Shown: positions 13,126 to 26,657, counted from the whole stretch's first letter. The stretch is 62,494 bases of DNA, filler included, from Choristocarpus tenellus KU-1152 (GCA_964200185.2; 13 parts of 13 records of this genome joined end to end with filler, not necessarily neighbours in it); one strand, 5' to 3'. The notes: generated from the sequence alone by a model not told the origin. A program made the numbers and translations.

Positions 13126-13657
13126 TGTTACAGGCGCCCCTCAGAACTCACCTCCACAGGATGTACAACTCAAACCCAATGACCTTAAAACGACGCTATG
13201 GGGGCGTTGCCTTTTACAACAGTTTATAGGGCATCAGATAGCCTTCTCTTGATACTCCACTCAGTGCTTAGCTCAAAGATTGACTCAATGTTTCGTTCAA
13301 AAGATAAGACTGAAGGTAAAAAGGGTTGATCGTTTGACCAAAAGCCCTCTTATTATTTTCATCATCCACCCAATTTCGTTGATCTTCTATCAACTGCTCT
13401 ACACGTACTCCAATTATAAGCCTCTTTTCTGCAACTTCTTAGGGACTTTGACAAATGTTACGTATGCATTCCGAATCTTACTCTGTATCTTCTATGAAAT
13501 CGTCCTTTATTCTGTAAGGCTACCTATGTGCTACTAATATCTTATATTGTTCGCACTTATTAGAACATGAGAAACAATCCTCACACTATACGTCTGTCAC
13601 AAATGATCGCATTTGCTAAAACATGAGAAGAAATGCTTGCGCTATTCGCCTGTAACA
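13126..13657. mobile_element. Solo LTR (532 bp), TSD GGTA
   Basis: Inverted termini TGTTACAGGCG...CGCCTGTAACA. Homologous to 15808-16270. Confidence 0.88.
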
Positions 13658-13700
13658 GGTAAGGGTGGTGAAGAGAATCACGGGGCAAGACGGACCAGAC

Positions 13701-13957
13701 TGCCGAATAACCTAGTGTTATATCCTTACGTTATCTGTGCTGATACAAGTATATAACATACGCTATATGTACGTTTATATTTAGTTCAGTGCACTACAAA
13801 GTGGTAAAGTGCGTAAAAATATAATAAGTCAACATTCATTCACATGTAGGTGATAATGGATGACTGGCGGGCAATTAATGATTCAGTGTATGTTTTACAA
13901 TGTAACTAAACTACAAGCTTTAAGTGACGAACCATACACGCGTCAAGTTTCTCAACA
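13701..13957 (+). mobile_element. Solo copia LTR (257 bp), TSD CAGAC/CAGAT
   Basis: TGCCGAATAACCTAGTGTT...CAAGTTTCTCAACA. Both ends match the 3' LTR of the copia at 46741-46801. Confidence 0.85.
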
Positions 13958-14220
13958 CAGATGAACAAAGATGAACCGTAACTGAGGGTATGAGGTTAAG
14001 GTTGGACAAGTGCAAATTGAGGAGAGATGAACATCTTCAGAGATGGGGCTTCATCACCACAAGTCAAGACGTGAGAACAAAGTGAATTTTCATGTATGAC
14101 AACTCTGAATGACAAGCTGTCCCAAGTCAGTGGGATTGGTCTCGTGAAGAGATTCCTTGGTTTCATTCTGACGGAAGGTCCGCCAATGGAATCATGGATG
14201 CTTGACAAGGAACTTCAATC

Positions 14221-14585
14221 GGTACGATAGTATAACGGTACGAAGGTATATGGCATAAGGCAGTAACGGTATAACAATAGACAGATATGCTTTCCACAAA
14301 AGTACAACAATATAAAATCTAGGACTTTAAGGTCATATTAGCGTTTATGAAACCGTTATTAACATACTGCCTGTAACATATGTAGACCAACACGGTTTCT
14401 GATAGATTCCGACTCCTTCCATTTGTTAGTAGTAATATACGATTGTGATTGGGAGCATTTATATCATACGACATTGTATGATCCTCTATTTTTCTAGTTC
14501 GCATAATGGTGTATATTCAAATATGTGGAAAGCATGTTTGTCTGTTATTATACCGTATTGCTCGTATGCCATATACCGTTATACC
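14221..14585. mobile_element. Foldback/MITE-like element with inverted repeats of at least 65 bp
   Basis: 14230-14297 is an imperfect reverse complement of 14524-14585, with reiterated (A)CGGTATA motifs. The right end is cut by the contig boundary. Confidence 0.75.
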
Positions 14586-15807
14586 NNNNNNNNNNNNNNN
14601 NNNNNNNNNNNNNNNNNNNNNNNNNNNNNTTAATTAATTAANNNNNNNNNNNNNNNNNNNNNNNNNNNNNNNNNNNNNNNNNNNNTATTGCCAGGAAGCT
14701 AAGGAGCCAATAGAGAAGATATGCTTCGACCCCTGATCGAAGACACTATATTGCATTGAAGATAAGACCATAGTAGAATAGAAAGAGTAAGTGTCTTTCA
14801 AGACAAGAGACAAAATTATCGATAATTTCTGACAAGGAAATTAAAAAACAATTATCAATTGTGGAAGGAACACAATAATATATAGTCCACACAGAAAGAA
14901 GAAAGCAGAGAAATATATGAAATACAACACGGACTTAAGAAAGAAGAGAAAAGGTACGTAGACATACCAATCAATCGGTTCCAGCTTGCACCACCATGCA
15001 CCCCCCCACCACGAGCAAAAAAGGGAAGATAAGGGAAAAGACACAACCGCAACATCATGACACAACATCAGGACAGACGATAAACACCACCACTACTGCC
15101 AAAGAAGATTGTCCTTGGCATCCTCCATGTGTCATATCATTAACTGGAAAAATCTCTACTCCTCATCGCCACATGTTTTTTACATATACAAGAAATTTTA
15201 TTTCCAGCTTCAAGGAGCCTAGTAGTGAAGGCGGAAGCCACCCATGCTGTGAAATATCCTCCTGAGTGAGCTGGCTATTATTCCTTGTTATCTAAGCCAG
15301 TAGATAATCCGTGGCCAGCTTGTTGACTATAAATGGTGCCAACATCCTGTTGGGTTAGCAGTATGTCCTCCTCCTTCTAGACTCGCTTAAAGGGATGTTA
15401 TCCTAGAGGTTGACCTGTTGTTAGACAAAGCCTCCCTGGTTTTATCGGAAAACATCATCGTTCAGCTTACATTATCCTCTAAACCACGTCTTTTTCTCCT
15501 TCCACGGCACCCCTCATATCCTGAACCTCTGGTTTCGGTGGAATAGGTGAGGGATGCAATGTCAACAGTGGACATCGACCAACATCCACACATCAAGAGG
15601 CCCATATTATTATCCCTCTACTATGGTATATCTCTTCTGGTGATTGACTCTTCTGGCGATTGGGCTCGCTGAAGCTGCTATAGAAACCTACCAAAAGGCC
15701 TAACTGAAGACTCTGGAGTCAATTGCCCGAATTGTGTTCAGAAGGATAAGGGGTGCTGCTCAACAGACAAGATGGAGTGTACTCCAATCCACTCCTGAGG
15801 ACTGTAC

Positions 15808-16270
15808 TATTACAGCACGCTCCAGAACTCACCTCAACAGGATGTGTAACTCAAATCCAACGACCTTAAAACGACGCTATGGGGGTGAATAGATTATGAC
15901 CACTTATGGTGTCAGTTGATCCTTAGCTCATTCGATGTTTCGCTTTTCGCTCTATCAAAAGAGGGTAAGGATCATAAGTACTTAGTCGTGCAGTAAACAA
16001 CTCAGCCTTTTATTAACGTCATTCACCGTTTTTCTACAGCCAAAAAGTTAAATGACGTCTGTAAACTGCTGTATAAATACTCCAATCATAAGTCTTCATT
16101 TTGCAACTTTCAGGAATGGACGTCTATTCTGTAAGGTTATATATGCATTTCGAATCTTACTTTGCATCTTCTATCAATTCAAAGTTCCTCTTATATGAAT
16201 TCTTAAGTATGTATAGTGTTCGCGCATTTTGGCACGCGGAAATAAATAGTCGTGCTATTCGTCTGTAACA
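15808..16270. mobile_element. Solo LTR (463 bp), TSD GTAC, same family as 13126-13657
   Basis: TATTACAG (mutated TG)...CTGTAACA. Shares GACCTTAAAACGACGCTATGGGGG and other blocks with the first copy. Confidence 0.88.
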
Positions 16271-17641
16271 GTACAGGTGTAATTTATGGGCGAAAAGTTG
16301 GATGCTGAAGCTCAGCTTCTGCGCCCCCCATCAAAAGACAAGCGACAGCAAGTTTAGTCTGGAGAAAATTGACAGTATGACTTTCGTGTTCACCACCAGC
16401 CTGCTTGAAGATGAGAAGGAATGTTCTTGTATAGTATACATCTGTGCGGTATGTGGAGGATCGATTTTTTCAGTTCAAACTCCATTGATTAATAGCCTAA
16501 CGCGTAAGAGATTGCTAACCCAACACCTGGGCCTGGGCCTGGTGTAATTCACCTGTGACGATCTTATGATTAATGTGTTTTACTTACATTTTCTTTTCAT
16601 TTCATATCACTCTCTCTCCCTGCCGTTGTATTTGATGGCATATTTTGACTGGTTGGATTAATACAAGTTAGCTTTTGACCTTCATTTTGATGCTGCTGGT
16701 GTCTACTGGACTAGAACCGATTCGTACAGGTGGCTGGATAAAACCCTTGCAGTATTTGAGCCTTTTTATTCCTTTTAATTTCTCACTTCTTGGTGCATTT
16801 CTATTATTGATTCCTTCTTTGCTTTCTCCTGGATTACATCTGACCATGGGATTTGAGATGATCGGACCAACAATATGTGTCTAGTAGTTACATGCTGCCT
16901 TACATCCTTCAACCCTCTTCATATAGCAGTTATCGGGGGTGAAGAGAACATTAGAATAGTTTGTAGTAATAATTACTTCCACTTCCACTAATATAGTGGA
17001 CTCACCCAACATCATTTTCACCTTCACTGTCAAACATTCCATGTGAGGTAGGGGTGATATCCAGTGGCTTGTGTCCATCCATCCCAATCAACACACTGAG
17101 GTCACAAAACAGTACATAATGGTATGCGTACACTAGGAAATTCACCTCTAGAACACACAGAGGTTCAAAGTTGTCCAGCCCGTAATGACAATGAAGTTTA
17201 CTATTGCCAAATGAAATGCAAATATTCTTAATGATCAGTGTTGCATACCCAACACAACTATATACTGTGCCCATGACTTACATTGCCAAAATACAAAATA
17301 TGTGTAGGACAATATGTAATCCCGACCGAGTGTCCGAGTACGACATGATCTCATTAAACACTCCACAATTTCGCACTCGACCAGAACATCAATGCGGCAA
17401 GTTTTGATCGACCAAACAAAGGTCTCACTTTGTAGAGACAGGAGGAACAATTCAGGATCGAACGTTCCAACAAAATACACGAGGCCCACCCTAATGATGG
17501 GAAGCTGCCAACAACATGCGCTCGGAAGAGAGCTTTTACATNNNNNNNNNNNNNNNNNNNNNNNNNNNNNNNNNNNNNNNNNNNNTTAATTAATTAANNN
17601 NNNNNNNNNNNNNNNNNNNNNNNNNNNNNNNNNNNNNNNNN

Positions 17642-17693
17642 CCACAAATGGACAAACAGGGAAAAATTCGTACCCTCTAAGATAGTTTCACTC
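17642..17693 (+). mobile_element. MITE-A right end (contig start)
   Basis: CAAATGGACAAACAGGG...TACCCTCTAAGATAGTTTCACTC. Confidence 0.85.
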
Positions 17694-18063
17694 ATACAAC
17701 ACGTGGATGGTGAGGAAGGACAAGAGGATATTGTATCCTACCAAAACCCTTCTTCCAAAATATCCAAGACCCTAACCCTTAAACACGTTTCTAAAAACGT
17801 TGTTTTTCAAAACAAGTGAGAAGTGACAAGAAAAGTATAGTTATGGTTGTAACATATTGACTGTTAAATATTGTGAAGACCAAACCGACAAAAACGGATA
17901 CACTCGATCTTGTCGCATGATATATCAAAATCATGTCCTACTTACATGTCCCAGTCCTTCCTTCACTTCAGTACTCAGACCTAGTCCACAACACCAGCGA
18001 CAACCAGCTGAAGGCTTCCACACTACCAGACTACGACTATCAAGCAAAGGAAATTTCGTCGGT

Positions 18064-18971
18064 ATGTCAATGCTTGAGGTCGGAATTAATGGGGGGTTGC
18101 AGGAAATGGAGAAGGCAGTGCCAAAGAGCGAGCGCGACTCGTTGCTGTTGACTCCCCCTACGACCTCAGCCCGTCGTTCCTGGTTGCTAGTACTTACTGG
18201 CATGGTGGCTGGGGCTTTGCTAGCATCTATATTTTTCACCGGTGGATCTTCAACAGAGCACCAGACGCCACCATTGTCCTCGGGTAAGTTGCCATACAAA
18301 GACAACCTTGAATATAAGGTATTTCGCAGAATGCCAACCAATTAGTGCCCAATATGCGCAGGGCAGTCGGCCAGATACAGTTCCGCGTTGAACTATCTGT
18401 CCATTGGAAGAAGATATAATATACAGTGGCTTCCCAACTTGTATTTTCCGAATGTTTGTCTCCTTCGCAGTAACCTGTCATCTTCAACTAACTTCTGCAA
18501 TCTTCGATTCGGCGTAGAGTAGGCGGTGAGGCAACCCCTATGGACGCAGCAGCGGTTGAAAAAGTCAATGCCTGTGATACCAAGGAATGTGTGGATTCCG
18601 GATGCGACTGGCGGAGTGCACCATTTCTTTGCTTGCAGGGTGAATCTGCGAATGGCTGCTCCAGCGACCCGAACACCTGGGCACCTGAGACCAGCAAATG
18701 CGACTCCTTTTGTGACCTCAGCGATTGCCAGGCGGTGTTGGAGGCGGCAGGACAAGTCAAAGGAGAAGAAGGCCTTCCCCGGTACTGCAGCTTGTGCGAC
18801 GAGGATCAGTGTGCCCTTCTTGCTACTCAGTGGTTTCAGGCCTGCGGTGCGGGGGCACCATTCGTCTGCCTCAGCGGTTCCGCTATGTGGGGTTGCGCGT
18901 CACTGCAGTTGACTTGGGAGGCCGTTCCCGAGACCACCTGCGGTGAATGCTGCAATGTTGAGGGTTGCTAG
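18064..18971 (+). CDS. Two-exon type II membrane protein with two Cys-rich repeats, function unknown
   Basis: Exon 1 is 18064-18283 (TM segment WLLVLTGMVAGALLASIFF, donor GTAAGT). The intron has a CTAAC branch site near 18488. Exon 2 is 18523-18971, in phase. Repeats read C..APF(L/V)CL.G.(S/A)..GC.S....W......C...C....C. Confidence 0.8.
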
Positions 18972-21237
18972 GGTGGTACCTGATTAAGTGTGCTCAAGTT
19001 CCTTAAGAAGAGGCTGTTCGACCTCTTCAAGTGCGATTCAAACACTGGATAACTATACCACAGGAAGATGAGTGTGCCATTAGCACCCACACGCAGCAGG
19101 TCCCTGAGTTCCTTCACAGTATAGCACAGTTAAATCACCTGTAATAAGGACTCGGTTCCGTTTCCTACAGGACCGATGCATAATAGGTTACATAACCATC
19201 AAAACAACAGCACAGGGTGTCAGTCCTACTCAGGTCATACATAGTGAGTTCATGGGAGCACACTACATACTACTCGGTAAAGAGTGCATTCCAAGGAAAC
19301 AGAAATAGTAGGTGAAAAGCAGACTGCAGGGTCAGGAAGTTATTACTATGTAGTGCTTATCTTTGTTCATAGATGTAGCTTGGGTGTGTGATGGTTTTTG
19401 TAGTGCTGGAAACTCGTGGACTATTGAGGTGAGCTAACATTACCCAGTCCCTCTTGAAGTTGACAGGGTAAAACTTTCCAAGTGGGAGAGAACTCAGGAC
19501 AAATGGTCATTGCATTGCCATTGCTGGTGCAATGACTAAGGTGATGAGCTCCAAGAGACGGAATTGGTAGTATCATTACCCCCTCAAATGTCATTTTAAT
19601 GCTTGCAGATTGGTATGAAGATTGCGATTGCAGGTGGTAGTCTGTCCTTGCTTACGGGCTAGTGCTATATTTTTTTAGGAACAGTTTTGATTTGTACTGT
19701 GTATGGCAGCTGGGTTGTAGTCGGAACTTGCTGACCTAGTTGACACATGGTGTAGGCAACTCTAGAGAGACAAATAGGAGAAAGGCAATCTCTCATAGAG
19801 TAATAGAAATAGACGATTTTTGTAGAGGCAACTTGAATGTGTGACTCAAGATATTCTCGGGTAGCTTCATCCATCAAGGGTTTTCCATGGTGTTGGATCT
19901 CTGTGTTAGCTAGCTGATTTCAAAGTATGACTTCGCGGGAAAAGGGTGTTATTGTCTGTCGTGCTTTAGTGTCGGCTGATCCGGTCCCCTCGTAGCACAG
20001 CTTTCTGTTGTGATGGACGGTGGAAGGGGAGTTTTCTACACTCTTACACGTAATTTTTTCCATTTTTTTTTTTTATGGGTGGTTAATACGGAAATGAAAG
20101 TCAGAGCGCATGGCACAAATGGGGACACAAAAACTTAGATTCTTCATTCTTTTTTATATCATTCAACGTTACACCACAGTTGGTTCAATCACCGCAGTGC
20201 CTATTTCCCTTTTTTTCAAAATACGATCTTGGTGTCACAGACAGATTATGAATCCTGTGCTAGCGACAAATACAACTTGCCGATCGATTCAACTCCCACA
20301 CCACTACCTTTGCATTGCCATCTAAACCAATGGTTCCATCAATCGTTATATTCAAGTGTCAACTAAGTGGGGTAAATTGAATGAAGATCGGATATGCCCA
20401 GTCCTAACTAGATGACAGTGCAGCATATTTCCAAATAAACAGGGTAAGTGCGATTTAGTTATTCAAGTTCCACAGCAATGCTATTGTAGCTGTTGTACCT
20501 CAAACTTCTAGGGTGGGTCATATGACAGGGGAGATATGAAGGGTCAAAGTTTGATGTTGACTGCTGTGGTCTATTGGGTTTATCATCCACATTGCGAAAC
20601 AGAACAATGTGTCAAGGATCGATATCATTACTACCAATGTAGAGGAGAAGGGAGAGTTGGTGCTGTTGCCTTTCTCTCGTCCCAACTTAATGGAGTCACT
20701 CAAGACAACCAATCGAGCTCACTGCATTGCTAAAAGCAGTGGAATCCCATACATTGTGAAAACGTCTCGTAGGCTGCATTGAGCGAAGTGGTGATTACGA
20801 CCATGAGTTCATTGTGTGGGGTTAACTCAAGACCTAGAATGTTGTGGTTGTGCGGTCTTCTCCAGGCAAGTCTGCTGCAGCAGCATAATGGCTTAGGGAC
20901 CATTATTTCCTTCTTGGTGGATGCTACAGTCGTCAGGATTGGCACCTCCCCCCTCTGAAGTATACATTATATTTTAGCCCTAACCCTGACCTTACATAGT
21001 CGTGTCTATCATGATCAAATCTCAAAAGCAGCGTGTTTTGCACAGCATAACAAACCGAACAACAAGACAGTAACCACAAGTTGATCAAAAGCATTCGATC
21101 ATCAGGTAGCATTTGAGTGGGGCGGTATGATGTGATACTTGTAATACTGCCTATACCATATTGTGCTCTGGTCAGCGGTATGTATGGAAGAAAGTGGTGG
21201 GATATTTTGAATGCCAGAGTTTAACCTTCCAGCATAA

Positions 21238-21407
21238 AGCCCAAAGGTATCTCTCTGTGTGTGGGGGGATCTACACGAGGGTGTCCATTTATTTGGGTCA
21301 AAATCAGGAAAAGTGCATTTACATTGTCCATCCGACGTATGCAACCAAATCACCCGAAAATCGCGACATGAAAAAGTTGCCCCCAAATGGACAGCCGCCA
21401 CCCCCCT
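21238..21407 (-). mobile_element. MITE-B, nearly complete, cut at poly-C by contig end
   Basis: Reverse complement of the MITE-B internal sequence (CCCCAAATGGACAGCCGCCA). Confidence 0.85.
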
Positions 21408-21507
21408 NNNNNNNNNNNNNNNNNNNNNNNNNNNNNNNNNNNNNNNNNNNNTTAATTAATTAANNNNNNNNNNNNNNNNNNNNNNNNNNNNNNNNNNNNN
21501 NNNNNNN

Positions 21508-21552
21508 GACGCCCCCTCACAAACCACCCCCTCCCCCCAGATACTTTGACCC
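21508..21552. mobile_element. MITE-B terminus
   Basis: C-rich tract followed by CAGATACTTTGACCC. Confidence 0.8.
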
Positions 21553-24230
21553 TTTATATATCATGCGTTGCCGTAATAGTATAACTCATCGTTTAAGTAA
21601 AGAGATTATTGGATTTATGTCTGGTACAGATCCTTGCCAATCCTTTTAGATCTGGTGTTACCCACATACCATAACCCTTTACATAGGTTGACCATCTAGT
21701 ATAGACAAACCATTGGCATGTTGTTTGTCATAGTTGTGTATAGTCTATCGTTTAGTGACGAGATTAGATCACTGGTAACAGATCTCAAGTTAACCTGTTG
21801 ACGACCAGCTCTGACTTAAAATATCGTGTTTACCAGGTTTATCAATCCTTGCAATAGATTATACATATATGCTGGTGGACATTTAGAAAATTAATAATAA
21901 AATGATATTTTATTTCTCAACTCTCCTCGTTTGCATGAGTGGACAATTGCGGTGGTGAAGAGATTGTATCACTGGACACATTAGCACTCGTGTGTGTTAG
22001 AGGTGACTGTTCATTAAATCTTGTCTCGTTTTCGTAAAATGTATTTATTGATCATCCTAATAATACTAACTCCATAAAAAAACAAAGGTTCAATTATGTA
22101 CCACTAGAAGTCTTTGGCTCAATATATTACCCTGGGTCGCCAAAACCTCTCTAGACTATAGTTTTGGGCTTGGGTTGCTCTCCTTTTTTTTCCATAGACA
22201 CTATAGATAAACCAGTACTCATCCTTTCACCAGATATGAATACAGTCAAATTAATATGACACACATCATGAGGGTACTCTTCTTGATCTCTCACATGCAA
22301 ATGTCGACCCTGTACTGTTGTGGTTCCCTATGCGCCAGATGTACCACCCCGAGTCTGACTTCCCTACTCCCTCAATTGCTCGCCTGTTTTGGTCAAACTA
22401 TGCGCAACGTTTCTACCCGTTTTTTCCCAATTTAGCGCCCTCTGATTGGAAAACCCTTTACCTTTCCCCTTATGTAGGCAGCAGTGTAAGGTGCATGGAA
22501 TTATATGAGTGATATGGCATGAATATTTCACGGATGGGACGACGTGTGCAAGGTAAATGATAGCCCAATTAACCACATAGTATTGATGTGTGCGGCAACT
22601 GGCACTAATGCAGGCGATAGGGGGGTCAAAACAGATGAGCAACTGGTAGAGGGGTAGAATCGGGGTCAGGTACCCCAGCGCAATAGCGGCTATCACTTTG
22701 TTGATGTATTGGAAGGCCAATTTTGAATTCAATATAGATTGTGTTGTTGAGTTACTACTCAGTCTTGTATTTTGCTTCTTGTACCCAAAATGAGAGCACC
22801 ACCTGCAAAATGCCAGGGGGCACAAGATATTGAAGAGAGATGTCGCTATTTTTAATGGCATAAGAGGACCTCTATTTTTGGGTGGAATGGAGTGCCGTTT
22901 GCGTTTTCTGCATGTGCTTTCTAGACCCGCAACTATAAGGGACTCTTAAGGACTCATTATAGCTGATGGCACTCATTGATTCAATGTATGATGCGGTGCA
23001 GATGTTTTGTCGAGAAGAACGAAGCAACATACAATAATTGGACCCGTGTGATCAAAGAACAACAAAACCGAGTGTGACGCGGTAGCTGGGTTGTTGTGCC
23101 TTAGATGGAATGACTCCAAGCTGTTCAATATCCATAACCATACCCAATAAAACAAAATACAATCCTTGCATGTAGATTGTGCCACACAATGTCTCTTGTG
23201 AATATTTGACTTTGCACTCAGTACCCTTGGGCGACCAATGTTAGGAGTCTGGCACTATTTGCCTATCTGCTATCATTTATCCCAGTGTGATGAGGTCATT
23301 CTTGAGGTGGAAGAAAGGGGGATTTGTAAGCAACCGTTTCCAGAAGAAAGCACTTTTTGCAACCTACTGCTCAAAATAGACAACCTACTGCTCAAAATAG
23401 ACAACATGACGGTGTCAGTCAATGTCTGTTGGCTACGAACATGGGGATAAAGGCTCCCTCCCTTCACCAGACCTTTGGACACACAAAAACGTTGGTGATG
23501 AGAGCTGTAGGGCGAACATTTATCATGTCAAATTACAATCAATACAGGGTGCAATGGGGGGCTGTGCAGAGGGTAAAAGAAGAGGGAAAGTTTTCCTCCA
23601 GATTAAACTCACTGCACTCCACCAGCCCCAGGAGGAAAGTAACAGCGAGTGGATGTTCGTGTTCAAGCCCACGGAGGATGTACTAGGGTAAAGGGGAGAA
23701 GAAAGACAACATCCGCCACCAACTAAGAAGCCACAGTGCCTGAGTATCACCACCAACGTGTGATGTGTACATAATAGATAGAAAGAAAGAGGAGGAGAAG
23801 CGTCACCAACTAGCAGTCACGACGCTCCATCTACAACACCAGGAGGAAAGGGCTGGAGGAGCTGTGCCTGGGTAGCAAGGATGACTTGTGCCTGGTATGG
23901 ACTGTGCCAGGGGGGATCTATGCCTGCCTGTGCAAACTTTGATCAAACTGAGTGTACTATAATAGTACTGTACGTGTGTCGCTGAGGGGTACGTGCGCAT
24001 TCTTGACCTTCAAAGTCGCCGATAGAGTAATTCCTTGATAATGAAGGCATTTTACCGGCCAGTACTCTGCCAGACACCATATTCAATTAATCCCCTTGTG
24101 GTCTAGCCTTCTTCCAGAACAATAAAATTGTACAGTCTGTCGATAATTTTTGTAAATATCCACCGATTGGCGTTTACGGATATCTTACCATGTAACAGAC
24201 AACACATACAAGGTGAAGGACAACCACGTG

Positions 24231-24359
24231 ACTTTAACTTCTAATGTTATGATTTAGTTACTGTAACCTATCACTTTAACTTCTAATGTTATGATTTAGT
24301 TACTGTAACGTATCACTTTAACTTCTAATGTTATGATTTAGTTACTGTAACCTATCACT
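24231..24359. repeat. 42-bp tandem repeat x3
   Basis: Unit actttaacttctaatgttatgatttagttactgtaacctatc, near-identical copies. Confidence 0.95.
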
Positions 24360-25222
24360 GCTACTAATATATGTTCTACATAGTTCTAGCTCGGTAGCGC
24401 TACAGGGCTCTTCAACTATTCACAAGAAACTATTATGTGGAACCAACCCCAACTTTGTTGTTGTAACAATAGTAGTGTCCAGTAATACCAGTACGAACCT
24501 ACAGCCATGCTCAAAGCAATACAACGGGTTCTGAATTTCCACGGATGGGTTAACCCTCAGTTTAGGAGTACGTATGGGCTAGGTCGTATTGGGCTAGCGG
24601 GATTTATCACAGGACTGGTCTTGGGCACCCACCTCTCGATCATTGTATGCCACATTGTCGTCAAGGGTCTTGTCTTTTCACGCCTGGTAAGAATTCTTTT
24701 GCCTGTACCTTTCTTGCGTATACCACCCGCATTGTAGCTTTGTCGCACAACTACCCTCCTGCGAGCTTGCTCCTCATTTTTCAGGTCGAAACCCTCTCTC
24801 CATTCCACCATGCGTTGGCATATCACCTTACCCCCATCGTTAATAGTCCCAGTAATCACTGACCTTAAAGGCCATACTTGGCACCAGGTAGACGAAGCAC
24901 CACTTCGTCATTCCACATTCGGTAAACCTTAATCATTGACGTAATACTGTTCCGGTAAACCCGGCCCTCCCTAATAACGAAAGAAGTTCCGCCCATTCCT
25001 GCTACCTGACACCGTGGACCCCTGCCTATCTCTGTACACAGCTACAATGGAGCATCTACGCCTCATCACTGTCCTTCTTCCACTTCTCGGAGTTTTTCGT
25101 TACTGCTATGTACAAGCCTGACGACGTCTCATACGACTGTGAGCTCTCCTAGCGCACCCCTTGAATTGCCATTAGAGCCAACCCCAACCTGCCTCACTCA
25201 AGCCTAGTGCCCCACCCATTCA

Positions 25223-25253
<31 letters not shown>

Positions 25254-26203
25254 AGTGAGTGTTGATTTACTTGATTTGCACCGTACGTGTTTCGCACTTC
25301 CAAAAATGGATTTGACCTACTAAGTTGTTAGCGATGGGGTGGGAGTGAGGAGGAGAGGAGGAGGAGAGGAGAGGCAACGATGCACCTCTGTAACATCAGT
25401 TGATACACAGTTAATTTGTGGTATTGTCCAACTATATGTGTTCTCTGTGCTTTACTGGAGCATTTTGTATTGCGTAAGGAGCTGGATTCACATCCCTGTT
25501 GTTCCTAAGAGTGCTTTGGAGATGCTACGTAGTAATAGTAGGAGATTCAATGCTTCACTGTCAACACAGTGAGATGTTACGTATAAAACCATGCAAGCCT
25601 TCCTTTGGTGGTGTTTTCTGCAGTACCCGAGATGGCTCCTATTTTGTGTTTTACTACAGCGCCATGAGGATTGAAACATGTGTATGTGTGCGTTGAACTA
25701 TTGTGTGTTCATTTTCGTACCAGTAGTGTATCTACTACTATATTGTAATATCGCCATCAAGCCCGTTGAGTCCTGTAGAGATGCCCGACTCAGGAATTAA
25801 TCATTTTTTCAAGGTTCTGGCATGGTTGGTCTTCCATGACACGAGCAAACTCAGAAACTTTGTTACTGGGTTCTTGAGTGCTCATGATTGACGACTATTT
25901 CAGTATTACTTTGTACTGCAAAAGAGATTGTGATTTTGATAGCTTAACTGTGGCTTGTCTCTTACTCTGGAGCCGGAGAGTGTCTCCTGTAAGAGCATTG
26001 CAGGCATTTTGCACCCTATTTGATGCATGCCTGTACTCTGCTCGTCTTTTTATGCATACAAAATATCCTTCTAGAGTACAAAATCGTTGATGTGTCTGAG
26101 TGTGCATATATATATATATATATATTCTTGGTTTTGTGTTTTTTTGTTATCAACACTTGCCCTTTTTTTTGTGGTTCCCCTCCCCCCCTCCCTTGCACAA
26201 AAG

Positions 26204-26412
26204 CGTTTGTGCTGAACCACAGCAAGGAATACACAACCGCACTGCTTGCCAGCTGGGCAGAGTTCCTGGTGAGGGCATTGCTGTATATTGAAATTAGCCC
26301 GGCAGCCGGACCATTCTGCGTTGGGCTGGTCCTGGTCCTTGGTGGACAAACGTTCAGGGTGGCGGCTATGTGGACAGCGGGGAGTAACTTCAGTCACCAG
26401 ATTATGGAGATG
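26204..26412 (+). CDS. ICMT: Internal exon of protein-S-isoprenylcysteine O-methyltransferase (ICMT/STE14)
   Basis: FVLNHSKEYTTALLASWAEF...GLVLVLGGQTFRVAAMWTAGSNFSHQI. AAG acceptor after a pyrimidine tract and GTACGT donor. Other exons not located. Confidence 0.9.
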
Positions 26413-26657
26413 GTACGTATTAGAGAGGGAAGGGGGGGGGAGAGCTCTAAGTGGTTCATCATTTTTTTTTATGTTGGCATGTTGCTCGGGTATTCACTAT
26501 GTTTACAAAGTACTGGGAACTCTTTCCTGTTTCCTGGTCTTCTTATATATATATGTATGTGAAACCAGAGATGCTTTGCGCTCAGGTTGTGAGACTAGTC
26601 GATCATGGCATGGATTTTCTGTGTTGTAGTACTACTTCTTATGTGTGCAGGCAGGTA

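Larger units (their letters stand above)
8741..14210 (-). mobile_element. Decayed Ty3/gypsy LTR retrotransposon (gag-PR-RT-RH-INT) with frameshifts, stops and nested insertions
   Basis: Zn-knuckle-like CQYPDCQAATHEGHKTQSC (about 12300), protease LTIDTASD (about 11820), RT PWGSPV..RFCVDYR and YMDDL, RNase H ITDHAAL..HKPDKLQVIPDTLSR, integrase HDHALSGGH..CRDCQAC (about 8880-8745). Confidence 0.93.

Noticed and set aside
22300-25200. Several 60-165 aa ORFs, possible gag/protease debris
   Set aside because: No reliable motif or splice chain; probably old TE sequence.
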